Source of the DNA: an uncultured Candidatus Saccharibacteria bacterium
GTDB taxonomy: Bacteria > Patescibacteriota > Minisyncoccia > UBA6257 > 1-14-0-10-44-23
Reading direction: 5' to 3'
Assembly (NCBI GenBank): GCA_964394435.1
Contig: CAYMXN010000002.1
Span: 206,196-270,195 of the forward strand
Length of the DNA stretch: 64,000 nt
Shown here: positions 1 through 10,024 of the stretch, in pieces
How the letters are laid out: the number at the start of each line of letters is the position of its first letter
Numbering within the stretch: the first letter of the stretch is position 1
The notes under the pieces: model-generated
The model's input: the letters and a program-made list of their open reading frames with translations, nothing else
What the model was told of the DNA's origin: nothing
Database searches by the model: none
Program-made: the position numbers and the translations under genes

Positions 1-1173
1 GATATCCATAGTTTTTGGATTTTTCTCCTCGCGGAGAGTTGGGAGTGGCTTTTTTTCGGCTGCACGCTCAAGAGCGAAGCGTTCTTTGAGGGGGAGCGGA
101 GCGGCTTGCGGCTGCTCAACCGGTTCGTTTTGTTTGTTTGTAAATAATCCACTCATTGATGGAAGTTCGGCGGAGGCGCGCATAGTCTGATTTGTGCTAA
201 AGCCAGTGGCGATCAAGGTTACCTTAATAGCTCCCTTGCGAAGTTTTCGGTCTTGATATGCTCCAAAGATAATCTTTGCGCCTGGATCAACGTTGGCGGT
301 AATTTGTTTAGCAATTTCGTTAATCTCGGTCATCTTAAGGTCCCGTCCCCCGGATACGCCAAAGAGTACTCCTCGTGCGCCTTCGATTGAGAACTCGAGG
401 AGCGGTGAGTTGAGTGCCTGACTGACGCTACTACTGGCTCGATTGAGGCCACTGGCAACGCCAACGCCAACCAGCGCAGAACCAGCGTCTTTCATGATTG
501 CTTTGACGTCGGCAAAGTCGACGTTGATGATTCCAATTGAGGCGATCAGTTCAGTGATGCCACTAATCGCATCCCGCAAAATCTCATCGATTCGTTCAAA
601 CGCCTTGAGAATCGGCGTGTCCTTTTTGATTACGTGGAAGATGCGATCGTTTGGAACTACGATAAGTGCATCAACTTTTTCTTTTAGTTTTGTCATCGCT
701 TCTTCGGCGACTTTGCTGCGTTGTCCACCTTCAAACGTAAATGGACGAGTGACGATTGCGATAGTAAGTGCGCCACTTTCTCGGGCGATTTCAGCAACGA
801 TAGGGGAGGCGCCACTACCTGTTCCGCCACCAAGGCCAGCGGTGATGAATACAAGGTCTGCGCCCTTAGCTGCTTCGACAATTTCGGCACGATTTTCCTC
901 GGCTGCCTGCTTACCGAGTTCTGGATTCATACCCGTGCCTAATCCGCGGGTAAGATTTTTCCCGATATGAATTTTTTTGCGGACACTGCTCTTTTCGAGA
1001 TCTTGAGAGTCGGTATTGATTGCGACAAACTCAATACCCTTAAATTCTTGACTCTGATGCATTCGCGTAATTGCGTTGCCGCCTCCGCCGCCTACGCCGA
1101 AAACTTTAATATGCACTTTATAGACGCCATCGTTATTGCTGGTCGTTTTTTTAACCTGCGGCTTTAATGCCAT
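1..1173 (-). CDS. ftsZ: Cell division protein FtsZ (3' end runs off window)
   Basis: Manual translation from ATG at 1173: MALKPQVKK...IKVFGVGGGGGNAITRM; tubulin signature GLGGGTGSG near 810-840; directly downstream of ftsA; absent from the ORF track because no stop lies in the window. Confidence 0.96.
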   Translation of the reverse strand, partial: MALKPQVKKTTSNNDGVYKVHIKVFGVGGGGGNAITRMHQSQEFKGIEFVAINTDSQDLEKSSVRKKIHIGKNLTRGLGTGMNPELGKQAAEENRAEIVEAAKGADLVFITAGLGGGTGSGASPIVAEIARESGALTIAIVTRPFTFEGGQRSKVAEEAMTKLKEKVDALIVVPNDRIFHVIKKDTPILKAFERIDEILRDAISGITELIASIGIINVDFADVKAIMKDAGSALVGVGVASGLNRASSSVSQALNSPLLEFSIEGARGVLFGVSGGRDLKMTEINEIAKQITANVDPGAKIIFGAYQDRKLRKGAIKVTLIATGFSTNQTMRASAELPSMSGLFTNKQNEPVEQPQAAPLPLKERFALERAAEKKPLPTLREEKNPKTMDI

Positions 1174-1179
1174 GAGTAG

Positions 1180-2412
1180 TTAAGGAATGAAGTAATTAGC
1201 TAGCTTTTTGAGAAATCCACTTCCTTGTTTTGGAGAGGCTTTTGGCTCAACCATCTGGTCGTTTTCGAAGAGAAGAAGGCCGATCGCCACTGCAAATTCA
1301 GGATCTTCAGCCTGAAGGCTGATTTCTCCGCTAAACGCAGAGAGTTCGCTTAGGTTCGGGATGCCGACTTGGGCGGCTAATTTGAGCTCCTGCCTAGCTA
1401 AATCGACGATATTTGGGAGTTTAACGCCCCCACCTACCAATACGATACCAGCAGGCAATTGGCTCGCCTTACCTACGCGTTTGACCTCATTATTAACCTG
1501 TTCGAAGATTTCTGCAAGTCTGCTCTCAATAATTTCAGCTACAAATTTTTTACTGACAATTCCTTTTGCGCGTGGGTCGATTTTGGGAAGTTCGATCGTG
1601 TCTCGGGCGGCTACTTCCTTGGCGATGGCTGATCCGAATGAAAGTTTGATAATTTCGGCGGCTTCGATAGGAATTCGGAGTCCAATCGCGAGATCGTTAG
1701 TAATATTAGCAGAGCCAATTGGAAGTACTGCTGCGTGTGAGAGACGGTTTTCTTCGTAAATACAAATTCCCGTTTTATGTGCACCAATATCAACTAATAC
1801 CACGCCCAACTCTTTTTGATTTTTTGATAGTACTGCGCGAGCTGCGGCGAGGGGACTAAGGACTGATGCGCTAATATTCGCACCGAGGGATTCGATTGTT
1901 TTCGTGTTGTTTTTTACTGCTGGGCCAAATGCATCAACGATCAAGGTGTTTACCTCGAGTCGCTTACCGATCATTCCGAGTGGGTCGCGGATGTTATCGA
2001 TACCATCGACGATGAATTCTTTGATGATCGCGTGAAGGACAGTGCGATTCGGCGGCATATTAATAGCTTGCGAGGACTGGATGACGCGGTTTACATCGTC
2101 TTCATAAATCTCATCATCGGCGCGCGATACGGCAACCACGCCATGTGAGGTTTGAATGCGAACATCGGAGCTGCCGACGCCTAAAATAATATTTCGAATG
2201 GCGCCTTTATTTATTTTTTTGATCTCGTTTAAAACATTTGCGATTGCGTGTGTCGCATCAGAAACATCATCAATAACACCCTTGCGGATTCCCGCAGAGG
2301 GCATTTTGAGAAGCGAAATGAGCGTTGGTTGGTTGTTGCGTTTTACTTCAGCAATCGCCGCTCGAATATTCTGACTACCAATATCAAGTCCGACAAAAAA
2401 AGGAGATGCCAT
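1180..2412 (-). CDS. ftsA: Cell division protein FtsA
   Basis: GLDIGS, VDIGAHKT, ITNDLAIGL and VLVGGG actin-like motifs; 410 aa; next to ftsZ. Confidence 0.95.
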   Translation of the reverse strand: MASPFFVGLDIGSQNIRAAIAEVKRNNQPTLISLLKMPSAGIRKGVIDDVSDATHAIANVLNEIKKINKGAIRNIILGVGSSDVRIQTSHGVVAVSRADDEIYEDDVNRVIQSSQAINMPPNRTVLHAIIKEFIVDGIDNIRDPLGMIGKRLEVNTLIVDAFGPAVKNNTKTIESLGANISASVLSPLAAARAVLSKNQKELGVVLVDIGAHKTGICIYEENRLSHAAVLPIGSANITNDLAIGLRIPIEAAEIIKLSFGSAIAKEVAARDTIELPKIDPRAKGIVSKKFVAEIIESRLAEIFEQVNNEVKRVGKASQLPAGIVLVGGGVKLPNIVDLARQELKLAAQVGIPNLSELSAFSGEISLQAEDPEFAVAIGLLLFENDQMVEPKASPKQGSGFLKKLANYFIP

Positions 2413-2437
2413 AAAATAGGGGGGGGCACCTCAATCA

Positions 2438-2812
2438 CTAACTGTTTAGCTCGCTAAGCAGTTTTTCTTCAAGGCGCTCCATCACTATTCTATCAGATTT
2501 CTTGATGTGGTCATATCCGAGGAGATGAAGAAAACCGTGAATAAGTATGTATTCAAATTGCCACCCTTGTTTTTTAATTACATCCGGATTGAGGTATATC
2601 TCTCCGAGTGGTTTTTGCTTGGTGTGTGGGTGAGGAAATGCTGCGTCAGCAGGGAAGGAAAGGACGTTTTTAGGCATCGTTTTGCTATTAACCAGTGAGA
2701 TGTCTAAATAAAAATCGCCCTTGTTAAATCGTTTCATTAACCAGCGGGCGGTTTTTACCGTCTTCTTCTTATAGGAGATGTATTTTGAATCGAGTGCTTC
2801 GACGAGAATCAT
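2438..2812 (-). CDS. ybeY: rRNA maturation endoribonuclease YbeY
   Basis: NVLSFP, LGEIYL, HGFLHLLGYDH motifs. Confidence 0.92.
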   Translation of the reverse strand: MILVEALDSKYISYKKKTVKTARWLMKRFNKGDFYLDISLVNSKTMPKNVLSFPADAAFPHPHTKQKPLGEIYLNPDVIKKQGWQFEYILIHGFLHLLGYDHIKKSDRIVMERLEEKLLSELNS

Positions 2813-3264
2813 TAGCCGAGCTTTTTCTTAACTAAATCAGTGACGATTGCGGCGTCCGCTTTTCCTTTAAGCTCTTTCATTACTTCCTTCATGGCTGGGC
2901 CGAACTCTTTGACGCTTAATGAAGCGAGGATTTTATCTACCGCTTGTTCGGTTTCTTGCGCTGACATCTGCTGGGGGAGGTAGGCGCTGATAATTGCGAG
3001 CTCATTTTTTTCTCCTGTGGCGAGATCTTCACGACCTCCCTGTTGGTAGAGTGCGATCGCGTCTTTGCGTTTTTTCGCTTCAGTCATAAGGGCGGACATC
3101 ATCTCATCGTCAGTTAATGTCTCCTCTTTGCCTGTTTTGGCGCGCTTTTCAATCGCCTTGTTGTTCAAGCAGGCGATTAAGCCACGGAGTACTGTTAATT
3201 TCTCGCTATTGCCCTCCTTCATCGCGGCTTTAATGTCCGCATTTATCTGCTCTTTAGTAGTCAT
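2812..3264 (-). CDS. GatB/YqeY domain protein
   Basis: DIKAAMK, KKRKDAIALYQQGGREDLA, YLPQQMS; usual position after rpsU. Confidence 0.92.
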   Translation of the reverse strand: MTTKEQINADIKAAMKEGNSEKLTVLRGLIACLNNKAIEKRAKTGKEETLTDDEMMSALMTEAKKRKDAIALYQQGGREDLATGEKNELAIISAYLPQQMSAQETEQAVDKILASLSVKEFGPAMKEVMKELKGKADAAIVTDLVKKKLG

Positions 3265-3293
3265 ATGCTTATAGTATATACCAGAAGCTGGTA

Positions 3294-3506
3294 TTAGACG
3301 ATGCCAAGTTTTCGCTTTTTGGCGAACTCTTTCATCTGGGCGTCTCGGTGAATGGCAGAAAGCTTGATTTTGAGCTTGCTCGTATCGCGCTTTTTAAAGC
3401 GGCGCTTACGTGCTTCGCGTACAATACCGCTCTGCTTAATACGCTTGTTAAAGCGGTACATCAGGGCGCTTGCTGACTCTCCTTCGCGTTTTTTGACCGT
3501 AATCAT
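3294..3506 (-). CDS. rpsU: 30S ribosomal protein S21
   Basis: MITVKKREGESASALMYRFNKRIKQSGIVREARKRRF; start placed at ATG 3506. Confidence 0.85.
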   Translation of the reverse strand: MITVKKREGESASALMYRFNKRIKQSGIVREARKRRFKKRDTSKLKIKLSAIHRDAQMKEFAKKRKLGIV

Positions 3507-3568
3507 AGTGGTTGTTATTTTACTACTAGCGGAGCTTTTTATCAAGTCCTTAGCGATTTGTGCCTGTT

Positions 3569-4879
3569 TTAGAGGCGCTTTTTGATTGAAGCGGCGAGTT
3601 TGCTGATTGGAACGGTTTCTTGCGCTCCTGTCTTCATATCGCGGATGATAATTGACTCTTCGAACGCTTCTTTTTGTCCAAAGATAAGAGCGAACGGAGC
3701 CTCGAGCTTGTCGGCAGCACGAAGTTGAGCGGCCATAGATTCTTTTCCGAGAGACTCAACGACATGAATATTCTCTTTGCGAAGTTCTTCGATAAGCGAG
3801 AGGCTCTTCTTTTTAGCGAGGTCGCCGATGTGAATTAAGAACAGTTTTGCTTTAGTGCGTGGCGTTGCGGTGATGTTGCGGCGCCGCATAACTTCAATAA
3901 GACGCTCGCATCCAAGCGCTGCACCAACAGCCGGCGTTGATTTGCCGCCGAGGGTTTCGACGAGATAGTCATATCTTCCTCCTCCACCGAGTGAGCCGAT
4001 TAGAGCTTCTCCTTCGACTGGGTCGAGTATGAATTCGAATACAGTTTTGCTGTAGTAGTCGAGCCCGCGTACGAGGTAGTTATTAAGGCTGTAGGGGAGT
4101 TTGAGGTTCTCGAGGTACTCAAGTACTTCTTTGAAGTGGGTTTTGCAGGCCGAGCAGAGGTGATCGAGGATCGTTGGAGCGCTCTCTTTAAATGGCTGGC
4201 AGTCTTCTTTTTTGCAGTCGAGCAGGCGGAGCGGGTTAGTCGTTAGGCGACGCTTACAGTCTCCGCAAAGGTTTTTCTCTTTTGGTTTGTAGTATGTCGT
4301 GAGTGCTTTGCGGTAGTTTGGTCGGCAGGTTTTGCAGCCGATCGTATTTACCTGGATAGTTACCCCCTTAATTTTTAGATCTTCAATGATCCGATAGGCG
4401 GTCAGAATAACCTGTGCATCGTAAATAGCGTCATTTTCATTGCTGAATACTTCGAGACCGATTTGAAAGAATTGGCGGGTTCGGCCAGCTTGTGGCTGTT
4501 CGTAGCGGAAGAACGGTCCGAAGTACGCTAGTTTGAGTGGGTGCGGCTGATGGCTCATGCCGTGTTCGATGTATGAGCGGGCTACGCCAGCAGTGCCTTC
4601 TGGGCGAAGAGCGAGTTGGTCACCACCTTTTGTTTTGATTGTGAACATCTCTTTCTCGACTACGTCGCTTGTTTCTCCGAGGCTAGCCGTGTAGAGATCT
4701 ATTGATTCGGTGATTGGGGTCGTGATTTGAAGAAAATTATAAAAATCACAAGCGTCTTTAAATGTTTTTTGTAGTTTTTCCCAAGTTGGTTGATCTGGAG
4801 GAAGGATGTCGTGCATTCCTTTTACTGACTGGACTCCTTTTGCTGATGACTGTTTTTTCGTGTTTGGTTTTGGTGACAT
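3569..4879 (-). CDS. hisS: Histidine--tRNA ligase
   Basis: LRPEGTA, FRYEQPQAGRTRQF, LVRGLDYY, GGGRYD motifs. Confidence 0.97.
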   Translation of the reverse strand: MSPKPNTKKQSSAKGVQSVKGMHDILPPDQPTWEKLQKTFKDACDFYNFLQITTPITESIDLYTASLGETSDVVEKEMFTIKTKGGDQLALRPEGTAGVARSYIEHGMSHQPHPLKLAYFGPFFRYEQPQAGRTRQFFQIGLEVFSNENDAIYDAQVILTAYRIIEDLKIKGVTIQVNTIGCKTCRPNYRKALTTYYKPKEKNLCGDCKRRLTTNPLRLLDCKKEDCQPFKESAPTILDHLCSACKTHFKEVLEYLENLKLPYSLNNYLVRGLDYYSKTVFEFILDPVEGEALIGSLGGGGRYDYLVETLGGKSTPAVGAALGCERLIEVMRRRNITATPRTKAKLFLIHIGDLAKKKSLSLIEELRKENIHVVESLGKESMAAQLRAADKLEAPFALIFGQKEAFEESIIIRDMKTGAQETVPISKLAASIKKRL

Positions 4880-4896
4880 AAGTATGGCGAGTGTGA

Positions 4897-5445
4897 TTAG
4901 TAGGCTGGGGACGTGAATGTTTGAAACTCTCCGAATGGGTAAATGCGCAGGCGAACGAGGCCGATAATTTCGTCTCGATGTACTGGTCCCCAGTTTCGCG
5001 AGTCAAAGCTATTACCCCTATTGTCACCCATTACAAAGTACTCATCTTTGCCTAGGAGGAGGTTTTTCTCTCCGGCAGTTTTAGTGGTTGCGGGCAGGTA
5101 TGTTTCGCTTAATACGGTTTTTGTTTTGCCGTCAGTTGCAGTGATCGTAATAACGTCGTCTTTTAGATTTACGGTTTCACCTGGAAGACCGATGATGCGT
5201 TTAATAAAAAAGGAGGTTTCGTCGTTTGGATAGCGAAATACGATTGACTCACCGCGAGCCGGCTCTCTGAAGCGATAGGTTACTTCGTCAATTAAGAGGT
5301 AGTTGCCATTTTGGAAGGTAGGCTCCATACTGGCACCACTCACTAGAAAGGGCTGTACGATAAAGGCGCGAATGATAAAGACGGTAATCAGGGCGATTAA
5401 GATAACTTCGATAATCTCCCAGGCGCTTAATAAGAGGTTTTTCAT
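4897..5445 (-). CDS. lepB: Signal peptidase I
   Basis: N-terminal TM, SGASMEPT (Ser), FIKRIIGLPGE (Lys), GDNRGNSFDSR. Confidence 0.96.
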   Translation of the reverse strand: MKNLLLSAWEIIEVILIALITVFIIRAFIVQPFLVSGASMEPTFQNGNYLLIDEVTYRFREPARGESIVFRYPNDETSFFIKRIIGLPGETVNLKDDVITITATDGKTKTVLSETYLPATTKTAGEKNLLLGKDEYFVMGDNRGNSFDSRNWGPVHRDEIIGLVRLRIYPFGEFQTFTSPAY

Positions 5446-5502
5446 AGGAGGAGGTGCGTAATACTGCTGATTTTACTATAATGGGTAAGGTAAATCAAAT
5501 AT

Positions 5503-5997
5503 ATGAATATTCGTGTTATTGCGGGTCTTGGTAATGAAGGAGGGGAGTACGAAAAGACGTATCATAATGTCGGCTCTTTTGCCGCCTCTTATTTTAAAAA
5601 GGCACATTTGGATGAATACCCTCTAGTGAAATTCGAAGATCAAATTGGCGGATATATGAATAGTATTGGTATTCCACTTTTTCGCTTAATTAAGTCGGCC
5701 GGTATTTCGCCTAGTGAGGTCGTGATTATCCATGATGACAGTGATCAGCTCGCGGGTGATTTTAAGCTTGTTTTTGGCGGGGGGAGCGGTGGGCACAAGG
5801 GAGTAGTGAGTGTAATCGATAATTTTCAAACTGATCAGTTTTGGAGGTTAAAAATTGGTATTCGCGATCCAAAAGAACAAGTCCGACAGAAGGCGGAGGA
5901 GTTTGTATTAAAGCACTGGTCCAAGGCGGAAGAGGAGGTCTTTGTTTCTGTGCTTGAGCGGGCGTGGGAGGAGTTGCGAGGGAAAAAGCTTGTCTAA
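5503..5997 (+). CDS. pth: Peptidyl-tRNA hydrolase
   Basis: GLGN..Y..T.HNVG, HDD, GGHKG, RLKIGI motifs. Confidence 0.93.
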   Translation: MNIRVIAGLGNEGGEYEKTYHNVGSFAASYFKKAHLDEYPLVKFEDQIGGYMNSIGIPLFRLIKSAGISPSEVVIIHDDSDQLAGDFKLVFGGGSGGHKGVVSVIDNFQTDQFWRLKIGIRDPKEQVRQKAEEFVLKHWSKAEEEVFVSVLERAWEELRGKKLV

Positions 5998-7511
5998 AAC
6001 TCGAGCGAGGTTAGTTTGAATGTGAGAGAAAAGCTTACTGTTTGGTCGTTTTCTGTCTTGATTTGAGAAAGAGGAAGTACGACGTTAGTGATGTTTTTCT
6101 CTTCCGCGAGACGATTTTTAAAGTTGATTGCGGTAAGTTCGTTGGTTGCTTTGCCGACAAGTAGTACGGTTAGATTAGACTTGTCAGCGCTGACTTTTTC
6201 GATCGTGATGCCGGTTCCCGTAATCGCAGTAAGGCGGGTAAGGAATGGGGACCATGGTTTTCGTAGCGTCAGTGCTTTTTCAGTAATGCTTAATATTGTA
6301 TTGAAATTTTGAGCTTTATCACGCAGTGCGTTGATGGCGAGCGTGTCTTCGTTGTTGATTTGTTGAGCTGCGCGCATACTGATTTCTTTTTGGTATCGAG
6401 CGATGATCGTGTCGACAAATGTGGTCGCGCCCATAAGAAGTATGAGGCTTGCGATAATAATGGTTCGCCAAACCTGACCAAAGGTGACTAGGCGTCCTCG
6501 GTAGTACTCATTTTGCGCATTTCGTTCACTTAGGCTGATCGCGGTATCGGCCGAAGTTGATTGTATTCCCCTGATGGCCGCCCCGAGAGATACGTACCAA
6601 GAAGGAGAGAGTGGTTTGTCTGTTTCTCCTAGAGTGAGGTTTTTGATGAGTAGGTTAAAGTTCTCTTTTCCAATTTGTACAATTTCGTAATTAAAGAATG
6701 GTGAGATTAAGATAATTTCTTCAAGCCGTTTGTTTGCGTGGCTGGCGTAGAAGTTTAATACACGCTGGAGTTCTTGAGTGAGGAATGCTTTTACGTCTTC
6801 AAATGAGAGTGCTTCGTTGCGTGCCTTAATAGCGTCAGACCAAGGAGTGAAGTGGTTAAATGAAAGATTATTATTTTTTAAGATGATCGTAAGTACTCCT
6901 TCGGCGCTTAAATACAGGCCAAGATAGTGCTGACTCACGTTTATATTTTCCCAGCGGTCTTTGATGAGGCGGGCGAGTGAAAGCCCGGGAAATTCTACCG
7001 CGACCGTACTAAATCCTGCCGCAGAGAGCGCTTCGGTGTACGCGTCGATGTCTTTGCGCGTTGCAAACGCGCCAAGGAGGTCTGCGTGTCCAGCATCTTT
7101 ATTCTCTTTGATTTCTTGCCAATCGTAATAGCTTTCTTCTGGACGAGAAGGAGAGATTGTCTGGAGGTTAAGACTTATGGCTTCTTCGATTTTTGAGTCT
7201 TCAAGATAAGGGATATTAAATGATTGCGCATAAACTAGCTGGGATGGAACCACTAATACCACGTTGAGGCGTTTGGTAAGTGGTGCGATTTGAAGATGGA
7301 GAGACTGGAGTGCCGCGATGAGGTTTTTTTGATCTTTGATTTTTCCCATCTCGATTATTCCCGCGGGAAGTTTGAGTGAGGCTTGTAGGATGTTGCTTGA
7401 GTTTTCAATAGAGATAAACTTTAGTCCATTGGTTGAAATCTCAAGACCCGCAACCTTTGGTTGAGAGATGATGACATCTTTTATTTTTTTGAGTATATCG
7501 CTTATGTTCAT
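5994..7511 (-). CDS. Type IV pilus alignment protein, PilM-like domain fused to TM and PilN-like domain
   Basis: AGLEIS..LKF start typical of PilM; one TM near aa 350-370; C-terminal W..L..L / GKA / VSFSLTF pattern typical of PilN; last gene of the pilus cluster. Confidence 0.7.
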   Translation of the reverse strand: MNISDILKKIKDVIISQPKVAGLEISTNGLKFISIENSSNILQASLKLPAGIIEMGKIKDQKNLIAALQSLHLQIAPLTKRLNVVLVVPSQLVYAQSFNIPYLEDSKIEEAISLNLQTISPSRPEESYYDWQEIKENKDAGHADLLGAFATRKDIDAYTEALSAAGFSTVAVEFPGLSLARLIKDRWENINVSQHYLGLYLSAEGVLTIILKNNNLSFNHFTPWSDAIKARNEALSFEDVKAFLTQELQRVLNFYASHANKRLEEIILISPFFNYEIVQIGKENFNLLIKNLTLGETDKPLSPSWYVSLGAAIRGIQSTSADTAISLSERNAQNEYYRGRLVTFGQVWRTIIIASLILLMGATTFVDTIIARYQKEISMRAAQQINNEDTLAINALRDKAQNFNTILSITEKALTLRKPWSPFLTRLTAITGTGITIEKVSADKSNLTVLLVGKATNELTAINFKNRLAEEKNITNVVLPLSQIKTENDQTVSFSLTFKLTSLEF

Positions 7512-7972
7512 AGCGCTTCTTCTTGTATGTTGTCGACAATAACTTCTCCGGTTGTTTGGTCTACGCTTAGTGTTGCAACCAGTTTATGTTTTTTAGTTAG
7601 CGATGCTCCAGTTGAACTGATTTCTGTTTTACCTGTGCCAGCGCAGCTGTCTTTGCAGATTGTAATTGTTGCGGTTCCGGTTGTTGTTTCGATCTGATAA
7701 CTACTTGGGCAGGCTGCGTTTGGGCAGGTTTTGTCTTGCACCACCTTAAGTATACCGTCTTCAATACCCGTTTGCGCAGCTGCTAGTGCCTGATCAGAGA
7801 GGCGATTGGCGTAGAGTGTATTGTTGAGGTAGTAGACGAGCAGTGCGCTTACGATTCCAATTTCGATAATAATGCCCCCAAATAAAAGGATCGCGGGTAA
7901 TGAGGCGATTCCTTTTGTACTTCGTAGCTTACAGCTGACAGCTTGTAGCTTTTTATAGAAGGGAAGCAGCAT
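7508..7972 (-). CDS. Minor pilin (PilX-like)
   Basis: Class III signal-like KG|IASLPAILLFGGIIIEIGIV, ALAAAQTGIEDG, Cys pairs. Confidence 0.65.
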   Translation of the reverse strand: MLLPFYKKLQAVSCKLRSTKGIASLPAILLFGGIIIEIGIVSALLVYYLNNTLYANRLSDQALAAAQTGIEDGILKVVQDKTCPNAACPSSYQIETTTGTATITICKDSCAGTGKTEISSTGASLTKKHKLVATLSVDQTTGEVIVDNIQEEAL

Positions 7973-8023
7973 AGGTATGGTTATATTTTACTACAAGCTA
8001 AGCAGTTGTGCGTTATGTACTCA

Positions 8024-9430
8024 CTACGGGCTCCAGCTGATCACGATATCGTCGACTTGAGGCGAGAGTGTTTTTTCGATATTTGACTCGAGGTATACGC
8101 GGTAGCGTACATAGCGATTATTGTCGTGATTGGTCCGGTTGGTACGGATTTGGGTATTTGGTCCAGCTGGTTGATAGAAGGTGCTTGCGCTGTTATCTGG
8201 TCCGATGTATGTCCATGGTCCAGATGATGAGTTTGATGTGGCGATTTGGAATTTTACATTTGTTCCAGCTGGTTGGGTTCCTTGCCAGAGCAGGCTGTTG
8301 TAAGCGGCTCCTCCTATAATCTGCGTGTCAAAAATACTTGAGGTTAATTGTGCTGATACGGTCGTCGTTGACCAGAGCGTCTTCACCTTATATGAAGAGG
8401 TTGCGCAGCTGCTCGTATTTTCGCAGCTAAAGCTAATCCAACCAATAACATCGTTCCATGCCCAACCGCTGAAATTTCCGTTAATATCAATCGTTACCCC
8501 GTAAGTGGCATCAATTGAACTTGAGGCGAAGCTAATCCAGCCGATTGTATCGTTCCACGCCCAACCAGAGAGGTTTCCGTTGCCGTCATTAACAACGCCA
8601 TATGGATGTGTGCAGCTCGGGGAGGGGGCTGTGGCGCAATCGAAGGCGATATATCCAACAGCGGAAGAGGCGTATCCAAGTAGCTGCGTGCTTGAAACGA
8701 CTACGGTATTAGTCGTGCTGAAGTCTATCCAACCAATAACGTCGTTCCAGGCCCATTTGTCTGAAGAGTCGATGTTGGTTGTGCTCGTACTACTGCTGGC
8801 GCTTAGATCGTTTATCGTAAGTTGCCCAGCGATGCTGTAGGTGATGTTTGATGAGCTACTAAAGCCCGTGGATGGACTCGTGTATGGTCCGTTATTACCT
8901 GGTCCGGCAGTCCAGTTTGTTTGTTGGAAGACGCGGCTTTTATTACGAGCGATATATTTTATTGCAGATACGTTTGCAGTTTCTCCGGCTTGTTGCCAGG
9001 TTGCGGTTGCTTGTATTTTAAGCGTAGAGGGATCGAGTGTGCCGCTGATTGCTATGGCTTCGTTATCGTCTCGATAAACGTCTTCAATGGAGAAGTAGCG
9101 AGTGTATGTTTGATTGCCTGACACAACCTCTTCACTTCCACTGGCAAGAGTAAAAAATGAATCAGCTTGGATGAGGTGGAATTGACTCGATGGTCCATGC
9201 GGAGTTGCGTCAGCGATTATGTGCCAGTCTGCTTGAGCGGCAACTGAAACTTGATCAAGCAATCCATTGGCGAGTTCGATCGCTGGTTGGCTATTTTGAT
9301 TTTGTCCGCTGATTCGCAGACTGACAACCATAATACCAATCGCCCCGGTTATAAAAATTGTTGCGATGCCTATGCCAATAAGCGTCTCGATCAGAGATTG
9401 CCCAAAGTTGTTTTTTATTAACTTTCTCAT
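8024..9430 (-). CDS. Large minor pilin / adhesin-like protein with GWAWND.IGWI repeats
   Basis: MRKLIKNNFG|QSLIETLIGIGIATIF prepilin-type N-terminus from ATG 9430; three WAWND(V/T)IGWI repeats plus one degenerate copy. Confidence 0.7.
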   Translation of the reverse strand: MRKLIKNNFGQSLIETLIGIGIATIFITGAIGIMVVSLRISGQNQNSQPAIELANGLLDQVSVAAQADWHIIADATPHGPSSQFHLIQADSFFTLASGSEEVVSGNQTYTRYFSIEDVYRDDNEAIAISGTLDPSTLKIQATATWQQAGETANVSAIKYIARNKSRVFQQTNWTAGPGNNGPYTSPSTGFSSSSNITYSIAGQLTINDLSASSSTSTTNIDSSDKWAWNDVIGWIDFSTTNTVVVSSTQLLGYASSAVGYIAFDCATAPSPSCTHPYGVVNDGNGNLSGWAWNDTIGWISFASSSIDATYGVTIDINGNFSGWAWNDVIGWISFSCENTSSCATSSYKVKTLWSTTTVSAQLTSSIFDTQIIGGAAYNSLLWQGTQPAGTNVKFQIATSNSSSGPWTYIGPDNSASTFYQPAGPNTQIRTNRTNHDNNRYVRYRVYLESNIEKTLSPQVDDIVISWSP

Positions 9431-9470
9431 TCCTTTAAGCTTACCGCTAAATGTCAAAAGCTTAAAGCGT

Positions 9471-9986
9471 TTACTGGTAGTCAATTTTACCAGTGGTATC
9501 AATGCTAATTATGACTTGTGATGAGGTGCTTGATCCGGCTTGCAATATGATTGTTGAGCTCGTATTTGGAAGGCCGGTAAGTTTTGAGAACAGAATTGTC
9601 AGCGACTCTCCTGGAAGGGGGTTAGTAAATTCGATATTGCTTTTTGCGGAGTGTTGTTCGGTGATCAGGCCAGGGGCGGCTGCATATGTCGAGGAGCTTA
9701 CCAGGGCCTCGTCAGCCATAAAGAGTGCGTATGTGTCTCGCTCGGATTCGTTGTTTTGTATATATACCCCCCAACGACTCTCGTTGTCTTGGTGTCGACT
9801 TAACTCTCTCGCTGACTCGAGTAGTCCGCTAATCGTTCGGCCTTCATTTTCGAGGCTTTGATGGCTTAAAAATTGAAACAGCTCAACACTTCCCGCGACA
9901 GCGATGATTGTGGATATGGTGATTGAGAGGAGTACTTCAATAAAAGTGAATCCACGGGGTTGCTTGGTGTCTGATGGGCTGGACAT
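9471..9986 (-). CDS. Minor pilin (FimT/GspH-like)
   Basis: RG|FTFIEVLL prepilin cleavage/methylation motif. Confidence 0.8.
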   Translation of the reverse strand: MSSPSDTKQPRGFTFIEVLLSITISTIIAVAGSVELFQFLSHQSLENEGRTISGLLESARELSRHQDNESRWGVYIQNNESERDTYALFMADEALVSSSTYAAAPGLITEQHSAKSNIEFTNPLPGESLTILFSKLTGLPNTSSTIILQAGSSTSSQVIISIDTTGKIDYQ

Positions 9987-10024
9987 TGAGTTGGGTGATT
10001 TCGGCTGCCGATTGTCGGCTTTTA

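Noticed and set aside
443-970. Long + strand ORF, and similar antisense ORFs across the window
   Set aside because: Antisense shadows of ftsZ and other well-supported genes.
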